Shown here: positions 31,787 through 41,682 of the stretch, in pieces
Numbering within the stretch: position 1 is the stretch's first letter
Layout: every line of letters begins with the position of its first letter
Assembly: GCA_042408215.1 (NCBI GenBank)
Contig: JAYFMW010000026.1
Coordinates: 32,001 to 96,000 of the forward strand
DNA: 64,000 bases
From: Microcoleus sp.
Lineage (GTDB): Bacteria > Cyanobacteriota > Cyanobacteriia > Cyanobacteriales > Microcoleaceae
Reading direction: 5' to 3'
The notes under the pieces: model-generated
What the model was told of the DNA's origin: nothing
Seen by the model: the letters and a program-made list of their open reading frames with translations, nothing else
Database searches by the model: none
Position numbers and translations under genes: made by a program

Positions 31787-32110
31787 CTATTGAAATTGAC
31801 CGCTAATTTCGTAGGCGATCGCCCCCAAAGACGCCAAACTAGCTAGGATCAACAATCCGGCCGGCATGAATTTACGAGTTTTTACAAGGCGCAGAATAAA
31901 GACAATTACTAAAGCAGCAGAAATGGCTGCTGCTAATATCAAACCCCAACTTTGCCCCATAAGTTGCGCGGTGCCGGCAAAAATTAGCAGCGAACCGCTA
32001 ACGAGGCCCGAAATTAGCGAGGCTTGGCTTTTGGCCTTGACATAACCCATGATGCCGCCAATCAGTGTTAAAATGCCGTAGCCGATCGCCGCTGTAGTAC
32101 CTAAATTCAT
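31787..32110 (-). CDS. TMEM14 family membrane protein
   Basis: YGILTLIGGIMGYVKAKSQASLISG..KFMPAGL. Confidence 0.9.
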   Translation of the reverse strand: MNLGTTAAIGYGILTLIGGIMGYVKAKSQASLISGLVSGSLLIFAGTAQLMGQSWGLILAAAISAALVIVFILRLVKTRKFMPAGLLILASLASLGAIAYEISGQFQ

Positions 32111-32235
32111 TTTTGATCCTTCAAATTTCATAAGTGCATCTAAATTTATACAGCGCGACCTGTAACAAAGGTCGCAAATTGTTAGAAAATTTATTAAACC
32201 CCGCTGGGATATCTAACTGTTCTACAATTCCGATT

Positions 32236-33540
32236 ATGTCAGCCCTAACTTCTGGTGCGATCGCCCAAATCCGCTACCTCCAACGCCAAGCAGCATCCCT
32301 GATGCTGTATCAATCGGTGCTGAAGAACCCCGCAGGTCAAGCCTTTCTCGACTTGCTGCAAGCCCTGCACCACAGCGAGGTCAGCGGTTTTGACTGCCTC
32401 GCAGCTTACGGAAACTGGTTTAAAATTCAGGCTGCTCAAAATTTGAGCTGGAGAGACGATCTAATTTCCCAAATTCTCAAAGACGAAAACCCCTTTTCTC
32501 GTCGAGTTCAACAAACAGATTTTGCGAGTTTACCCCCCGCTTTGGTGGAAGCCGCCAGACACGATTTACAAGTGTTGCAAAATCTTTACGAATGCAGTGG
32601 CGACCAATTGGGTAAGTGGGTGCGGGTGGCCGGTCAACTTGAGGCAGTACCTCCGATTTGGCATTCAGAAACTGTAGCAGAAAACGCCAAATTGCCGCTA
32701 CATGGCAAACTGGAAAAATGGTCGAGTGCAGCCTCAGCTTTGGCAGAACATTACCGACAGTTTGGTACTGGTTTGTTTGCTGAATATCGCGCTTTTCAGT
32801 GGCGAAACGGGCAGTTGGCGAGTATTGCTCATCCCGATCGCATAAATTTGAAAGAGTTGGTTTGCTGCGATTGGCAGCGAGATGCGATCGTCAAAAATAC
32901 GGAGTTTTTGCTGGCTGGTTATCCGGCTTTGCACGTATTGCTTTATGGGAGTCGCGGTTCGGGCAAGTCTTCTTTGGTGAAGTCGCTGTTAAATGAGTTT
33001 GGCGATCGCAATCTGCGCTTGATTGAAGTATCTAAATCTGATTTGCAAGATTTGCCACTAATTGTAGAACAGTTGCGGGGAGTTCCTCAAAAGTTTATTA
33101 TTTTTGTGGATGACCTTTCCTTTGAGGAAGATGATGATGCTTTTAAAGCCTTGAAAGTGGTTTTAGAAGGGAATGTTACCGCCAAAGCTCAAAATGTAGC
33201 AGTTTACGCAACATCTAATAGGCGGCATTTAATTCGAGAGTTTTTTGACGACAGGCCACGCCCCCGCGATGGTGATGAAATTCACGCTTGGGATACGGTG
33301 CAGGAAAAACTTTCATTTAGCGATCGCTTTGGCTTGACTTTAACTTTTGAACCAGCCGATCAAAACACTTATTTAACAATTGTCGCACATCTGGCACTGC
33401 TGGCTGGAATCCAACTCGCACCTGAAGATTTGGAACACCGGGCTAAAGAATGGGCCACACGTCGCAATGGGCGATCGGGTCGAACAGCGCGGCAGTTTGT
33501 TGATTTTCTGAAAGCAGAATTAGCCCTTTCTGAGAAGTAA
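32236..33540 (+). CDS. DUF815 family AAA+ ATPase
   Basis: LLYGSRGSGKSSLVK, FVDDLSFEE, YATSNRRHL and GRSGRTARQF motifs. Confidence 0.92.
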   Translation: MSALTSGAIAQIRYLQRQAASLMLYQSVLKNPAGQAFLDLLQALHHSEVSGFDCLAAYGNWFKIQAAQNLSWRDDLISQILKDENPFSRRVQQTDFASLPPALVEAARHDLQVLQNLYECSGDQLGKWVRVAGQLEAVPPIWHSETVAENAKLPLHGKLEKWSSAASALAEHYRQFGTGLFAEYRAFQWRNGQLASIAHPDRINLKELVCCDWQRDAIVKNTEFLLAGYPALHVLLYGSRGSGKSSLVKSLLNEFGDRNLRLIEVSKSDLQDLPLIVEQLRGVPQKFIIFVDDLSFEEDDDAFKALKVVLEGNVTAKAQNVAVYATSNRRHLIREFFDDRPRPRDGDEIHAWDTVQEKLSFSDRFGLTLTFEPADQNTYLTIVAHLALLAGIQLAPEDLEHRAKEWATRRNGRSGRTARQFVDFLKAELALSEK

Positions 33541-33795
33541 ATTATGGGGTTTGTAGGGTAATATTCTCGCTTAACAGGCTTTTCGGCCTGTTCCACAGAA
33601 ATTAAATTTGCTTTCTTGTGGGGTGGGCTTCTAGCCCGCCCGAATGAGAAAGCGGAAAATTCTTAATTTTTTCCTAATTTTGTCGATCGTAAATAATCAA
33701 CCAAACTTGATATAATTACCTAAATCCCTAAATAAACCTCCCGAGCCAAGCCTTCGGAGGATGGTACTAATCCAAAACTAGACGAGGAAACTACG

Positions 33796-34242
33796 ATGGG
33801 TTTATTTGATAAAGTATCCCAGACTCGCCAACAAAGCGATGTCACGTTAGGGCCAGCAGAAGCATTTGCAGCGATCGCACTAATTGCCGTAGCAGCCGAT
33901 GGTTACATTAATGATAGCGAAAGCCAAGCGATTAGCATGACGCTATCTCGAATGCAACTGTTTAGAAGCTATCCGAATGACGTGATGAAAAAAATGCTCG
34001 ATCGGCTGCTGATGATTCTGCAAAGGCAAGGAGTTGATGTATTATTTAATGCGGCTTTAGCAACACTTCCAGACGAACTTAAAGAAACAGTTTTTGCGGT
34101 GACGGCTGATATCGCTTTAGCAGATGGCGAAGTTTCGGAGGAAGAAGAACAACTTTTGAACGATCTTTACGGTGCCCTAGGACTTTCTGAAGAGATGGCC
34201 ATCAAGATTATAGATGTGATGTTGATTAAAAACAAAGGTTGA
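33796..34242 (+). CDS. TerB family (tellurite resistance-like) protein
   Basis: AVAADG..E and ALADGEV.EEE motifs; GAGG RBS. Confidence 0.88.
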   Translation: MGLFDKVSQTRQQSDVTLGPAEAFAAIALIAVAADGYINDSESQAISMTLSRMQLFRSYPNDVMKKMLDRLLMILQRQGVDVLFNAALATLPDELKETVFAVTADIALADGEVSEEEEQLLNDLYGALGLSEEMAIKIIDVMLIKNKG

Positions 34243-34353
34243 AAAATCAGGGGTAGGGGTAGGAGTTATGAGTGTTGAATTAAATAAAGACAAGATTTTC
34301 AACTCACAACTCACAACTCACAACTCACAACTCACAACTCACAACTACTTGAA

Positions 34354-34761
34354 ATGTCTTTCACTTACACCCGCACTGTTCATTTTCAAGATACCGATGC
34401 TGCTGGAGTTGTATACTTTGCTAACGTCTTGGCAATGTGCCACGAAGCTTACGAGGCATCTTTAGCAGCATCGGAAATCAATCTCAAAGCATTTTTTAGC
34501 AATCCCCAGCTAGCCACTCCCATAATTCATGCTACTGTAGATTTTTACCGCCCGATGTTTGTTGGCGATCGACTAACTATTCAATTGACGCCCAAACAGG
34601 TTGGCGCAGATGAATTTGAAATTGCCTATCAAGTTTTTTCGGGAGAAATAGCAGGAAAATCCGCAGCTAAGGCTCTTACTAAGCACGTCTGCATCGATGC
34701 AGTTAGCCGAACTAGAAAACAGCTATCTGAAGAATTCATGCAGTGGCTGGGACAATTTTAG
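34354..34761 (+). CDS. Hotdog thioesterase, probable 1,4-dihydroxy-2-naphthoyl-CoA hydrolase
   Basis: VHFQDTDAAGVVYFAN..CHEAYE; lies next to the men cluster. Confidence 0.85.
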   Translation: MSFTYTRTVHFQDTDAAGVVYFANVLAMCHEAYEASLAASEINLKAFFSNPQLATPIIHATVDFYRPMFVGDRLTIQLTPKQVGADEFEIAYQVFSGEIAGKSAAKALTKHVCIDAVSRTRKQLSEEFMQWLGQF

Positions 34762-34806
34762 ATTTTAGATTGCTTCCTTATTCCTAATTATTTATTCATC
34801 AACATC

Positions 34807-35793
34807 ATGCCAAATCGCAATCGCAATTATGCCATCGTCGGCACGGGAGCTTTAGGCGGATTCTACGGTGCTAGACTGCAAAAAGCCGGTTTAGAAGTTA
34901 ATTTTTTGCTACGAAGCGATTACGAACACGTCAAAAAACACGGCTTGATTGTCGAGTCTCCCGAAGGTAACTTCACCCTCCCGCAAGTCCGCGCCTACCA
35001 CGACGCGCACCAAATGCCTAAATGCGACGTCGTAATTGTCGCCCTAAAAACAACTCAAAATCACTTATTGCCGAAAATATTGCCTCCTTTATTAAAAGAT
35101 AATGGCGTAGTTTTAGTCTTGCAAAACGGACTGAATATCGAAGTAGAAGTGGCTAAAATTGTCGGTGCAGAACGAGTGATTGGCGGGCTATGTTTTCTCT
35201 GTTCTTATAAAGTTGGGCCTGGTCACATCTGTCATCTAGATTACGGCACTATCACCCTGGGCGATTATTCCCAAGACTATCAACCCCTAGGAATTACTAA
35301 CAGATTGAATCAGATTGCTAGCGATTTTCAAAAAGGGGAAATTACGATTAATATGAGTGAAGATTTACTTTTGTCAAGGTGGAAAAAACTTGTTTGGAAT
35401 ATTCCTTATAATGGAATGTCTGTAGTATTGAATGCGAGAACAGATGAACTGATGGCTAATCCCGATACTCGGATTTTAGTCGAGCAAATTATGGGGGAAG
35501 TGGTAGCGGGGGCGAAAAGTTGCGATCGCATTATTCCCGATGAATTTATCCAAAATATGCTCGACTACACTCACAAAATGAAACCTTACCGCACCAGCAT
35601 GAAAATCGATTACGATGAATCGCGCCCCCTAGAAGTTGAAGCAATTTTTGGCAATCCGATACGGGTAGCGGAGCAAGCAGGAATTAAGTTACCACAAATA
35701 GAGGTACTTTACCGAATGTTGAAGTTTATGGATGCTCAAAAGCAAGAAGCAGAAAGGAAGCGACAGCTATTACAGCAGATTCCACACTTATGA
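34807..35793 (+). CDS. panE: Putative 2-dehydropantoate 2-reductase (ApbA/PanE family)
   Basis: GTGALGGFYG, LQNGL, WKKLVWN and SMKID..LEVEAI motifs. Confidence 0.85.
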   Translation: MPNRNRNYAIVGTGALGGFYGARLQKAGLEVNFLLRSDYEHVKKHGLIVESPEGNFTLPQVRAYHDAHQMPKCDVVIVALKTTQNHLLPKILPPLLKDNGVVLVLQNGLNIEVEVAKIVGAERVIGGLCFLCSYKVGPGHICHLDYGTITLGDYSQDYQPLGITNRLNQIASDFQKGEITINMSEDLLLSRWKKLVWNIPYNGMSVVLNARTDELMANPDTRILVEQIMGEVVAGAKSCDRIIPDEFIQNMLDYTHKMKPYRTSMKIDYDESRPLEVEAIFGNPIRVAEQAGIKLPQIEVLYRMLKFMDAQKQEAERKRQLLQQIPHL

Positions 35794-35818
35794 AGTACGG
35801 TAGGGACACAGCAATGCC

Positions 35819-36029
35819 CATTGGTGTCAACTTAACGTTAAACCCAGTCAGAGACTGCTGTTTGACCATTAAGCCTAGATCCCCCCGCATTCTTGCCCCC
35901 TACTCCCCCTTAAGAAGGGGGGGACAGGAAGCCTCTTTAAGTCCCCCTTCTTAAGGGGGATTTAGGGGGATCTAGACTCAGCTAAAAACGAGATTTCTCA
36001 AGGCTTTCAGGCTTAAGTTGACACCAATG
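35819..36029. mobile_element. MITE of the same family as 9731-9927, inserted in a REP-like palindrome
   Basis: CATTGGTGTCAACTTAA / TTAAGTTGACACCAATG ends; flanks AGCAATGCC and GGCAATGCC (8/9). Confidence 0.9.
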
Positions 36030-36051
36030 GGCAATGCCGTGTCCTCAGCAT

Positions 36052-37488
36052 TTATTGATATTTTATGGCAATTTCTTGCAATAGTTCCCGATTGACTTTT
36101 CCTTGAGAATTCCGGGGCAATTGTTCAACAAAAACCCAATATTTAGGTCGCTTAAACTTGCTCAATTTATCTTCTATTGCCGCTTGCAAAGCTGTGACAG
36201 TAACTGCGGAATTTGTGGGGACGTAAATCGCTGTTACTACTTGACCCCAATGTTTGTCTAGCAAACCAATGACGGCCACATCGACAACTAAATTAGTCGT
36301 CCTAATGGCGGCTTCGACTTCCGCAGGAAATACGTTTTCTCCGCCTGTGATAATTTTATCACTGTTGCGTCCGACAATGTTTAAGTAGTTATTTTCATCA
36401 AAAAATCCCAAATCGTCTAATTGGAAATATTCGCGATCGCCAAATTTGTCTGGATAATAACCCAAGGCTAAAGATTTAGCATTTACTGCAATATTTCCGA
36501 CTTGATTATAACACAATATCTCGCCTTTTTCACTACGAATTGTTACTTTAGCGTGGGGTAAAATTTGACCAGCACTGTTATTACCCGCGAGGAAATCTTC
36601 GGGTTTGAGTGTGGCAATTTGCGAAGCAGTTTCTGTCATACCGTAAGTTAGGGCTAATTTAATATGATATTTTCTAGCTGTTGCTAAAAGTTCCGGCCAA
36701 GCGGGAGCACCGCCCAAAAGTACGGTATGAAATCGGGAAAGCCAATTAGCTGTATCTGGGTTTTGCAGCAGGCGTTGCAGTTGAGTTGGAACTAGGGAAA
36801 TGAAAAATTCTTCTGGTTCGATATCGGATTTTTGACCAGATTCTAATTCTTTGAATGGCTGAATTGCCAGTTTTCCGCCGATCGTAAATGAACGCATAAA
36901 TTGCATTAAACCGCTGACGTGATATAATGGCAAAACGCAGAATGAGTTGATTTTGTCAACTTGAAAATATTGTTGGAAACCTTGCACTGATGCTGTTAGT
37001 GTTTCCCAAGTGTGGATGGCAAAACGGATTTTTCCCGACGAACCGCCGGTGGGAATCATGATCGATGGTAATTGGTAATTGCTAATTGGTAATTGGGGAT
37101 TGTTTTTCGGTTTTTCGGGTGGAGATGCGAGCGCTCCCATTTCTGTGAGATGTTGCAGTGCATTTTGCCCAATAATTAGGTCTGGTTGGACTAAATCAAA
37201 AACTTGTTGCCATTCTTGTTTTACCCAGTTGGGATTGCAGAGAAAAATCTGGGATTTGGCGTCACAAGCAGCTATGAAACTGGCAATAAATTGTATGGGT
37301 TCTGATTCTGCTAGGAAAATTATTTTCGGTGTTTCCGGTGGTTGATTTTGGGTTAATTGCTGAAATATGCGATCGACTATTTGAGCAATTTCGCGGCTGT
37401 CACAACCGATGAGCCAATTATCGGAGAAGCGAGACGCTATATCTAGAATATTTGCTGTTACATTTTTTGTCATAGATGCTTTCACCAA
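36052..37488 (-). CDS. menE: O-succinylbenzoate-CoA ligase
   Basis: TGGSSG, LPLYHVSG, YGMTET, GGENVFP and LPRNSQGKV motifs; men cluster context. Confidence 0.92.
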   Translation of the reverse strand: MVKASMTKNVTANILDIASRFSDNWLIGCDSREIAQIVDRIFQQLTQNQPPETPKIIFLAESEPIQFIASFIAACDAKSQIFLCNPNWVKQEWQQVFDLVQPDLIIGQNALQHLTEMGALASPPEKPKNNPQLPISNYQLPSIMIPTGGSSGKIRFAIHTWETLTASVQGFQQYFQVDKINSFCVLPLYHVSGLMQFMRSFTIGGKLAIQPFKELESGQKSDIEPEEFFISLVPTQLQRLLQNPDTANWLSRFHTVLLGGAPAWPELLATARKYHIKLALTYGMTETASQIATLKPEDFLAGNNSAGQILPHAKVTIRSEKGEILCYNQVGNIAVNAKSLALGYYPDKFGDREYFQLDDLGFFDENNYLNIVGRNSDKIITGGENVFPAEVEAAIRTTNLVVDVAVIGLLDKHWGQVVTAIYVPTNSAVTVTALQAAIEDKLSKFKRPKYWVFVEQLPRNSQGKVNRELLQEIAIKYQ

Positions 37489-37518
37489 GTTTCTGAGCCC
37501 CCAGGAGTAATCTAAAAT

Positions 37519-38649
37519 CTAAAATCTAAAATCTAAAATTGAATGGTCGTCAAACCAAGAGTCGGTGCCGAAGCCTAATGCTCTAGAATTGGGAAACAAT
37601 TCTGTTGCTAAATTTAAGGCTGCTTGTCTGCCTATTTGGGTTTCAAATACTGATGAAAAAACAGCGTCTATATTGTGGGTTTGACAAAATTTTCGCAGTT
37701 GGGATGGGGAACCGCAGATGGCTGGTTTAATGACAAAGATTCCCCGCCAGCCTTGATCGTAGTATTCTTGGATGCGATCGAGATTGGCGACTGACTCATC
37801 AAGGGCGATCGGAGTTGCATAAACAGCACTCAATTCTAGCATTTCCTCAAATTGTGTGACAGGCAAGGGCTGTTCTAAAAATTCAATTTTTACGGAAAAC
37901 TTGGGAATTTCTAACACATTGTCGCAAGTTTTTAGCCATGTTTCAGCTTGCGAGTAATTGAGTCCGCCGTTGGCGTCTAATCGCAAAAGTGCTTTTTCGC
38001 GATCGCCCAAATCATCCATTGCCTTAATTAACTGCTGAAAAACATTTAATTCTTGTTCAATTGCAGCAACGCCAATTTTCCATTTAAACGTGCGATATCC
38101 CTGTTTCCAAAGCATTTGTAAAGCCGATAAAGCTGTTTCTCCCGCTGGCAATAAACCGCTGTACCGATTATTTTCTTCCTCGTTCCCAGGCTCTGCCCAT
38201 TGGTGACAGCTTAAGACTGAACCCACAATAAATGTCGCTTTTAGGCGAAGTCTAGATCCCCCTAAATCCCCCTTAAGAAGGGGGACTTTGACCCCCCCTG
38301 TCCCCCCCTTAGTAGGGGCGGTGCCCCCGTGCCCGCCCTTGGTTAGGGGGGATCTAGAGTTTGATAGTGCTGATTCGAAGCCAAATTGACAAGCCGGCAA
38401 TTCAGCGGAAATTGAGAAAATCATCTCTTCTGAAATATTAGCTGGTAACGAGTTACAAAAATCTAAAGCTTGCTCAAAACTTTCGGAACCAAACCAACTC
38501 AAAGGGGCAATTTCTCCCCAACCAATTTGACCATTTTCGTCAGTAAGTCTCAGGATAATTCCTAATCGAATCTCCCAGATGCCATGACTTGTGTGCAAGG
38601 GACGCTTAAACTTTCGTTGATAGGTACGAAATTCAAATTGATAAAGCAT
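37519..38649 (-). CDS. menC: O-succinylbenzoate synthase with a ~60-aa repeat-derived insertion
   Basis: GWGEIAPL, FKWKIG, LRLDANG, LEQP, ALDES, VIKP motifs. Confidence 0.92.
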   Translation of the reverse strand: MLYQFEFRTYQRKFKRPLHTSHGIWEIRLGIILRLTDENGQIGWGEIAPLSWFGSESFEQALDFCNSLPANISEEMIFSISAELPACQFGFESALSNSRSPLTKGGHGGTAPTKGGTGGVKVPLLKGDLGGSRLRLKATFIVGSVLSCHQWAEPGNEEENNRYSGLLPAGETALSALQMLWKQGYRTFKWKIGVAAIEQELNVFQQLIKAMDDLGDREKALLRLDANGGLNYSQAETWLKTCDNVLEIPKFSVKIEFLEQPLPVTQFEEMLELSAVYATPIALDESVANLDRIQEYYDQGWRGIFVIKPAICGSPSQLRKFCQTHNIDAVFSSVFETQIGRQAALNLATELFPNSRALGFGTDSWFDDHSILDFRF

Positions 38650-38768
38650 TTACTTTTTAATTAATCTAAGACTTACGGATAAGTGTCAAAGAAACCGGGT
38701 TTTTCGCCTGGTTAAAGGCTGAGATGCAGTATCTCGGTAAAAAACCCGGTTTCTGATCTGAGTAAGTC

Positions 38769-39569
38769 CTATCCATAAAATTGTCTCACGACTGCGACAA
38801 ATTGATCGAGATTTTCAAAATGCACATTGTGACCAGCTTGTGCTATAATCTTGAGACTAGCTGCTGGACATAAACTAGCAATTTCGGCATTTATAGTTTT
38901 AAATTTATCATCATATTCTCCCGCTAGCAAGAGGAGAGGAATTTGATTTTGTGCAAGTTTTTCCCAGAGAGAGGGCTGGTTTCCTGTTCCCATGTTGCGG
39001 AGGGATTTGGCTAATTCGATCGGGTTATTTGCTAAACGGGTTTCGATGAGTCGATCGAAATTAGGAGAGTTTTTTAAAGATTGGAATAAAGGGCGATCGT
39101 ACCAACTTAATAAAAATTCTTTAAAGTTGCTATTTTCCAGTTTTTGTGCTATATGTAAATCGGATTTCATGCGGTGCGATCGCTCTTTTTCGGTCTTCAA
39201 TCCCGGCGAAGCTGACTCCAGCACTACTTTCTCGAATCTGTCAGGAAAATGCAACGTCATGTACAGTGCCAATCGCCCGCCCATTGAATAGCCTAATAAA
39301 AAACATTTGTCTATTTGTAAATCATCTAATAAGTGTATCAATGCTTGGGCTGTATTTGACATATTGTAGCAAGTTTCATCGCCGCTGACTTGGGTTTTTC
39401 CGTGGCCGGGAAGGTCAACTGCTAGACAGCAATAACTTTGAGAAAGTAAGGAAATGATTGGGTCAAAGTCTTGACAATCGCAGGTAAAGCCGTGGAGTAA
39501 TAAAATTATGGGCTGATTTTTGTTGTCAGTTAAGGAATAGTGAAACTGATAATTTTTAATTATGTTCAT
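38769..39569 (-). CDS. menH: SHCHC synthase (alpha/beta hydrolase)
   Basis: LHGF, DLPGHG, GYSMGGRLAL, ESASPG, GEYD.KF and AGHNVH motifs. Confidence 0.92.
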   Translation of the reverse strand: MNIIKNYQFHYSLTDNKNQPIILLLHGFTCDCQDFDPIISLLSQSYCCLAVDLPGHGKTQVSGDETCYNMSNTAQALIHLLDDLQIDKCFLLGYSMGGRLALYMTLHFPDRFEKVVLESASPGLKTEKERSHRMKSDLHIAQKLENSNFKEFLLSWYDRPLFQSLKNSPNFDRLIETRLANNPIELAKSLRNMGTGNQPSLWEKLAQNQIPLLLLAGEYDDKFKTINAEIASLCPAASLKIIAQAGHNVHFENLDQFVAVVRQFYG

Positions 39570-39599
39570 CTACAATAATTAGTATAATTGCCCTATTTA

Positions 39600-40007
39600 T
39601 TAAAATCGAATTTCCGCATCGCCAACAGAGATGACTGCTTTAAAACGAGTCAGAAAATCCATACCAAGAAGACCATCTATACGAAGATTTGGCGGTATAT
39701 CGTGGGCAAATACGTCAAAGTTTTCTATGAACTGACCCACGCAATTAAACCAACATACATTAATTACAGGAACATAGATTCTTCCTTGGCCTGTAAAGAT
39801 TTCTTGCCTGCGTAGAGGATTGCGTGAATCGTAACCCAAATCCTCTAATGTTTTAATTGGTAATATTGTGTAGCAGGCTCCCGTATCCACCAGTAAACGC
39901 ACCCGATACTCATTAGCCTCACCATTATTTCCGCCAATGGTTGCTTGCACCGCGAGCAAATTTCGTCCGTGACGCAACAAGGGATAAGCTTTTTGATAAT
40001 TTGACAT
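39600..40007 (-). CDS. Retropepsin-like clan AA aspartyl protease
   Basis: LLVDTGA and DGLLGMDFL motifs. Confidence 0.85.
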   Translation of the reverse strand: MSNYQKAYPLLRHGRNLLAVQATIGGNNGEANEYRVRLLVDTGACYTILPIKTLEDLGYDSRNPLRRQEIFTGQGRIYVPVINVCWFNCVGQFIENFDVFAHDIPPNLRIDGLLGMDFLTRFKAVISVGDAEIRF

Positions 40008-40012
40008 TTTTG

Positions 40013-40258
40013 TTACAACATAGCTACTAAATTTTCAGGGATGGGCCCGGTGTATTCTATTGCCACCGATTTTCCCTTCCTTGACAAAGCATTATTGTAA
40101 AGCAAATCGCGTTCTGGTGAGTGTGCTAAAACTTCACCTCGAATTACATTCAAATTCTCGTCCAATTCAGTGTAAGCAATTAGCACCCACTCGCTAGGAT
40201 ATAAGTGGATGATTTCTTCTAGGGTTAGGATTTTGTCAATTTCTACTGGCGTACTCAT
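40013..40258 (-). CDS. Small hypothetical protein (DUF5678-like) paired with the aspartyl protease
   Basis: YPSEWVLI..GEVLAHSP.R..YTG; GGAG RBS. Confidence 0.7.
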   Translation of the reverse strand: MSTPVEIDKILTLEEIIHLYPSEWVLIAYTELDENLNVIRGEVLAHSPERDLLYNNALSRKGKSVAIEYTGPIPENLVAML

Positions 40259-40402
40259 GATTTGCCTCTCCTTGTTGGCGATTCAACATCAAACTGTTTG
40301 TAGTAAGGACTTTAGTCCTTATTGACTAAAATCTTGCACAAAGGACTAAATTCCTCACTACGAACCGTACCTTTATTTTACCATTATTCCCGATCGCCCG
40401 AT

Positions 40403-41299
40403 TTACAAAACAAACCCCAATCCCAGCAGTACACCGCTAACAAAATGCAGGGTGACTGCAATAAACTTACAGTTGCTGACTTTGGCTGGCTGGTCGTGAT
40501 AGTCTGTGACATGGCGGCAAAGGTCGATCGCAAAAAACACACTACCAAAAATTAACAGCGTCCAAATTGGGAAAAGCCCGATCGCCCAAAATAGCACAGT
40601 CAAAGCATAAACGCTACCGCACAACAACTGCAACACCTGGACACCTTTTTTTGTACCGAGTCGGACAATTGGCGATTTTTTACCCGCAGCCAAATCATCC
40701 GCAACTTGATGAAAGTGGGAACAAAATAAGATAATACTCGTAGTAATTCCCACGATTACCGAAGCCGCAAAATTAGTGGCAGACCAAGTTTGAGTTTGAC
40801 TGTAATAAGCAGCGGCTAAAGCTAGAGGGCCGAAGGTAAAAAAGCAGATAAATTCCCCTAAACCCTGATAGCCCAAACGAAAAGGAGGCCCTTGATAAGT
40901 GTAGCCAAGAGCGCAACACAAAACTACCAGCAAAATTACTGTTGGGTCTTTTTCCCACCAGCTTATGGCACAGATTCCCGACACTCCCAAAGCTAAAAAC
41001 AGATTAGCCAGCCAGAAAATTAAAGATTTATTTCCGGTTAAGTTAACCAAGGAATGTGCTTTGTTTTTATCTATCCCTGTTTCCGAGTCAAATACATCAT
41101 TGGTGAGATTCAGCCATGCTATAATTAAAATGGCTGACATTAAAAATGTCGAAAAGATTGACGAATTAATCGTTTGAGTTTCGGCAAAAGCAATGGCAGT
41201 TCCTACAGAAATAGGAATCACAGCAACGCTGTACATGGGTGGCTTGATTGCCGCTAGCCACAGTTTACTATTTGGAGGTTCAATTAACTTTGTTGTCAT
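40403..41299 (-). CDS. menA: DHNA phytyl/prenyltransferase (ORF open to 41422)
   Basis: AAIKPPMYSVA, NLTNDVFDSETGID, YQGPPFRLGY.GLGE and DDLAAGK.SP.VRLG motifs. Confidence 0.93.
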   Translation of the reverse strand: MTTKLIEPPNSKLWLAAIKPPMYSVAVIPISVGTAIAFAETQTINSSIFSTFLMSAILIIAWLNLTNDVFDSETGIDKNKAHSLVNLTGNKSLIFWLANLFLALGVSGICAISWWEKDPTVILLVVLCCALGYTYQGPPFRLGYQGLGEFICFFTFGPLALAAAYYSQTQTWSATNFAASVIVGITTSIILFCSHFHQVADDLAAGKKSPIVRLGTKKGVQVLQLLCGSVYALTVLFWAIGLFPIWTLLIFGSVFFAIDLCRHVTDYHDQPAKVSNCKFIAVTLHFVSGVLLGLGFVL

Positions 41300-41682
41300 T
41301 ACACAAACTTGATTCAATTGATAGCAGCGTAGTAATTTTACAATTTTATTGGTAAAGAAGGTGTCATCTGTATCAGGTTGAGTGCGTGCGGGCATCCATT
41401 CAGAGGCTGTGGGGGTACTCAAACTGTGGAAGTAGCCCGTCTGTAAACCTCTGTGGGGGCGATCGACTTTTGCCGAGAGTTAACCGATCGATCTATAAAG
41501 TTTTGTGTCTAAATGTTTCGCTCGATCGCCCCAGAGTCTGTTTTTTTGCCCTAGGGAGTCGAAACAGGGAGGGAAACTCGAAAGGTCATGTTTGGCGATC
41601 GCCCTCCCGTGCTTAGATCGAAATAGGGGTTCTAGCGGGACAAACTCGCACTCTTGCTGACAAATCTGCTATTCTCGCTTTC

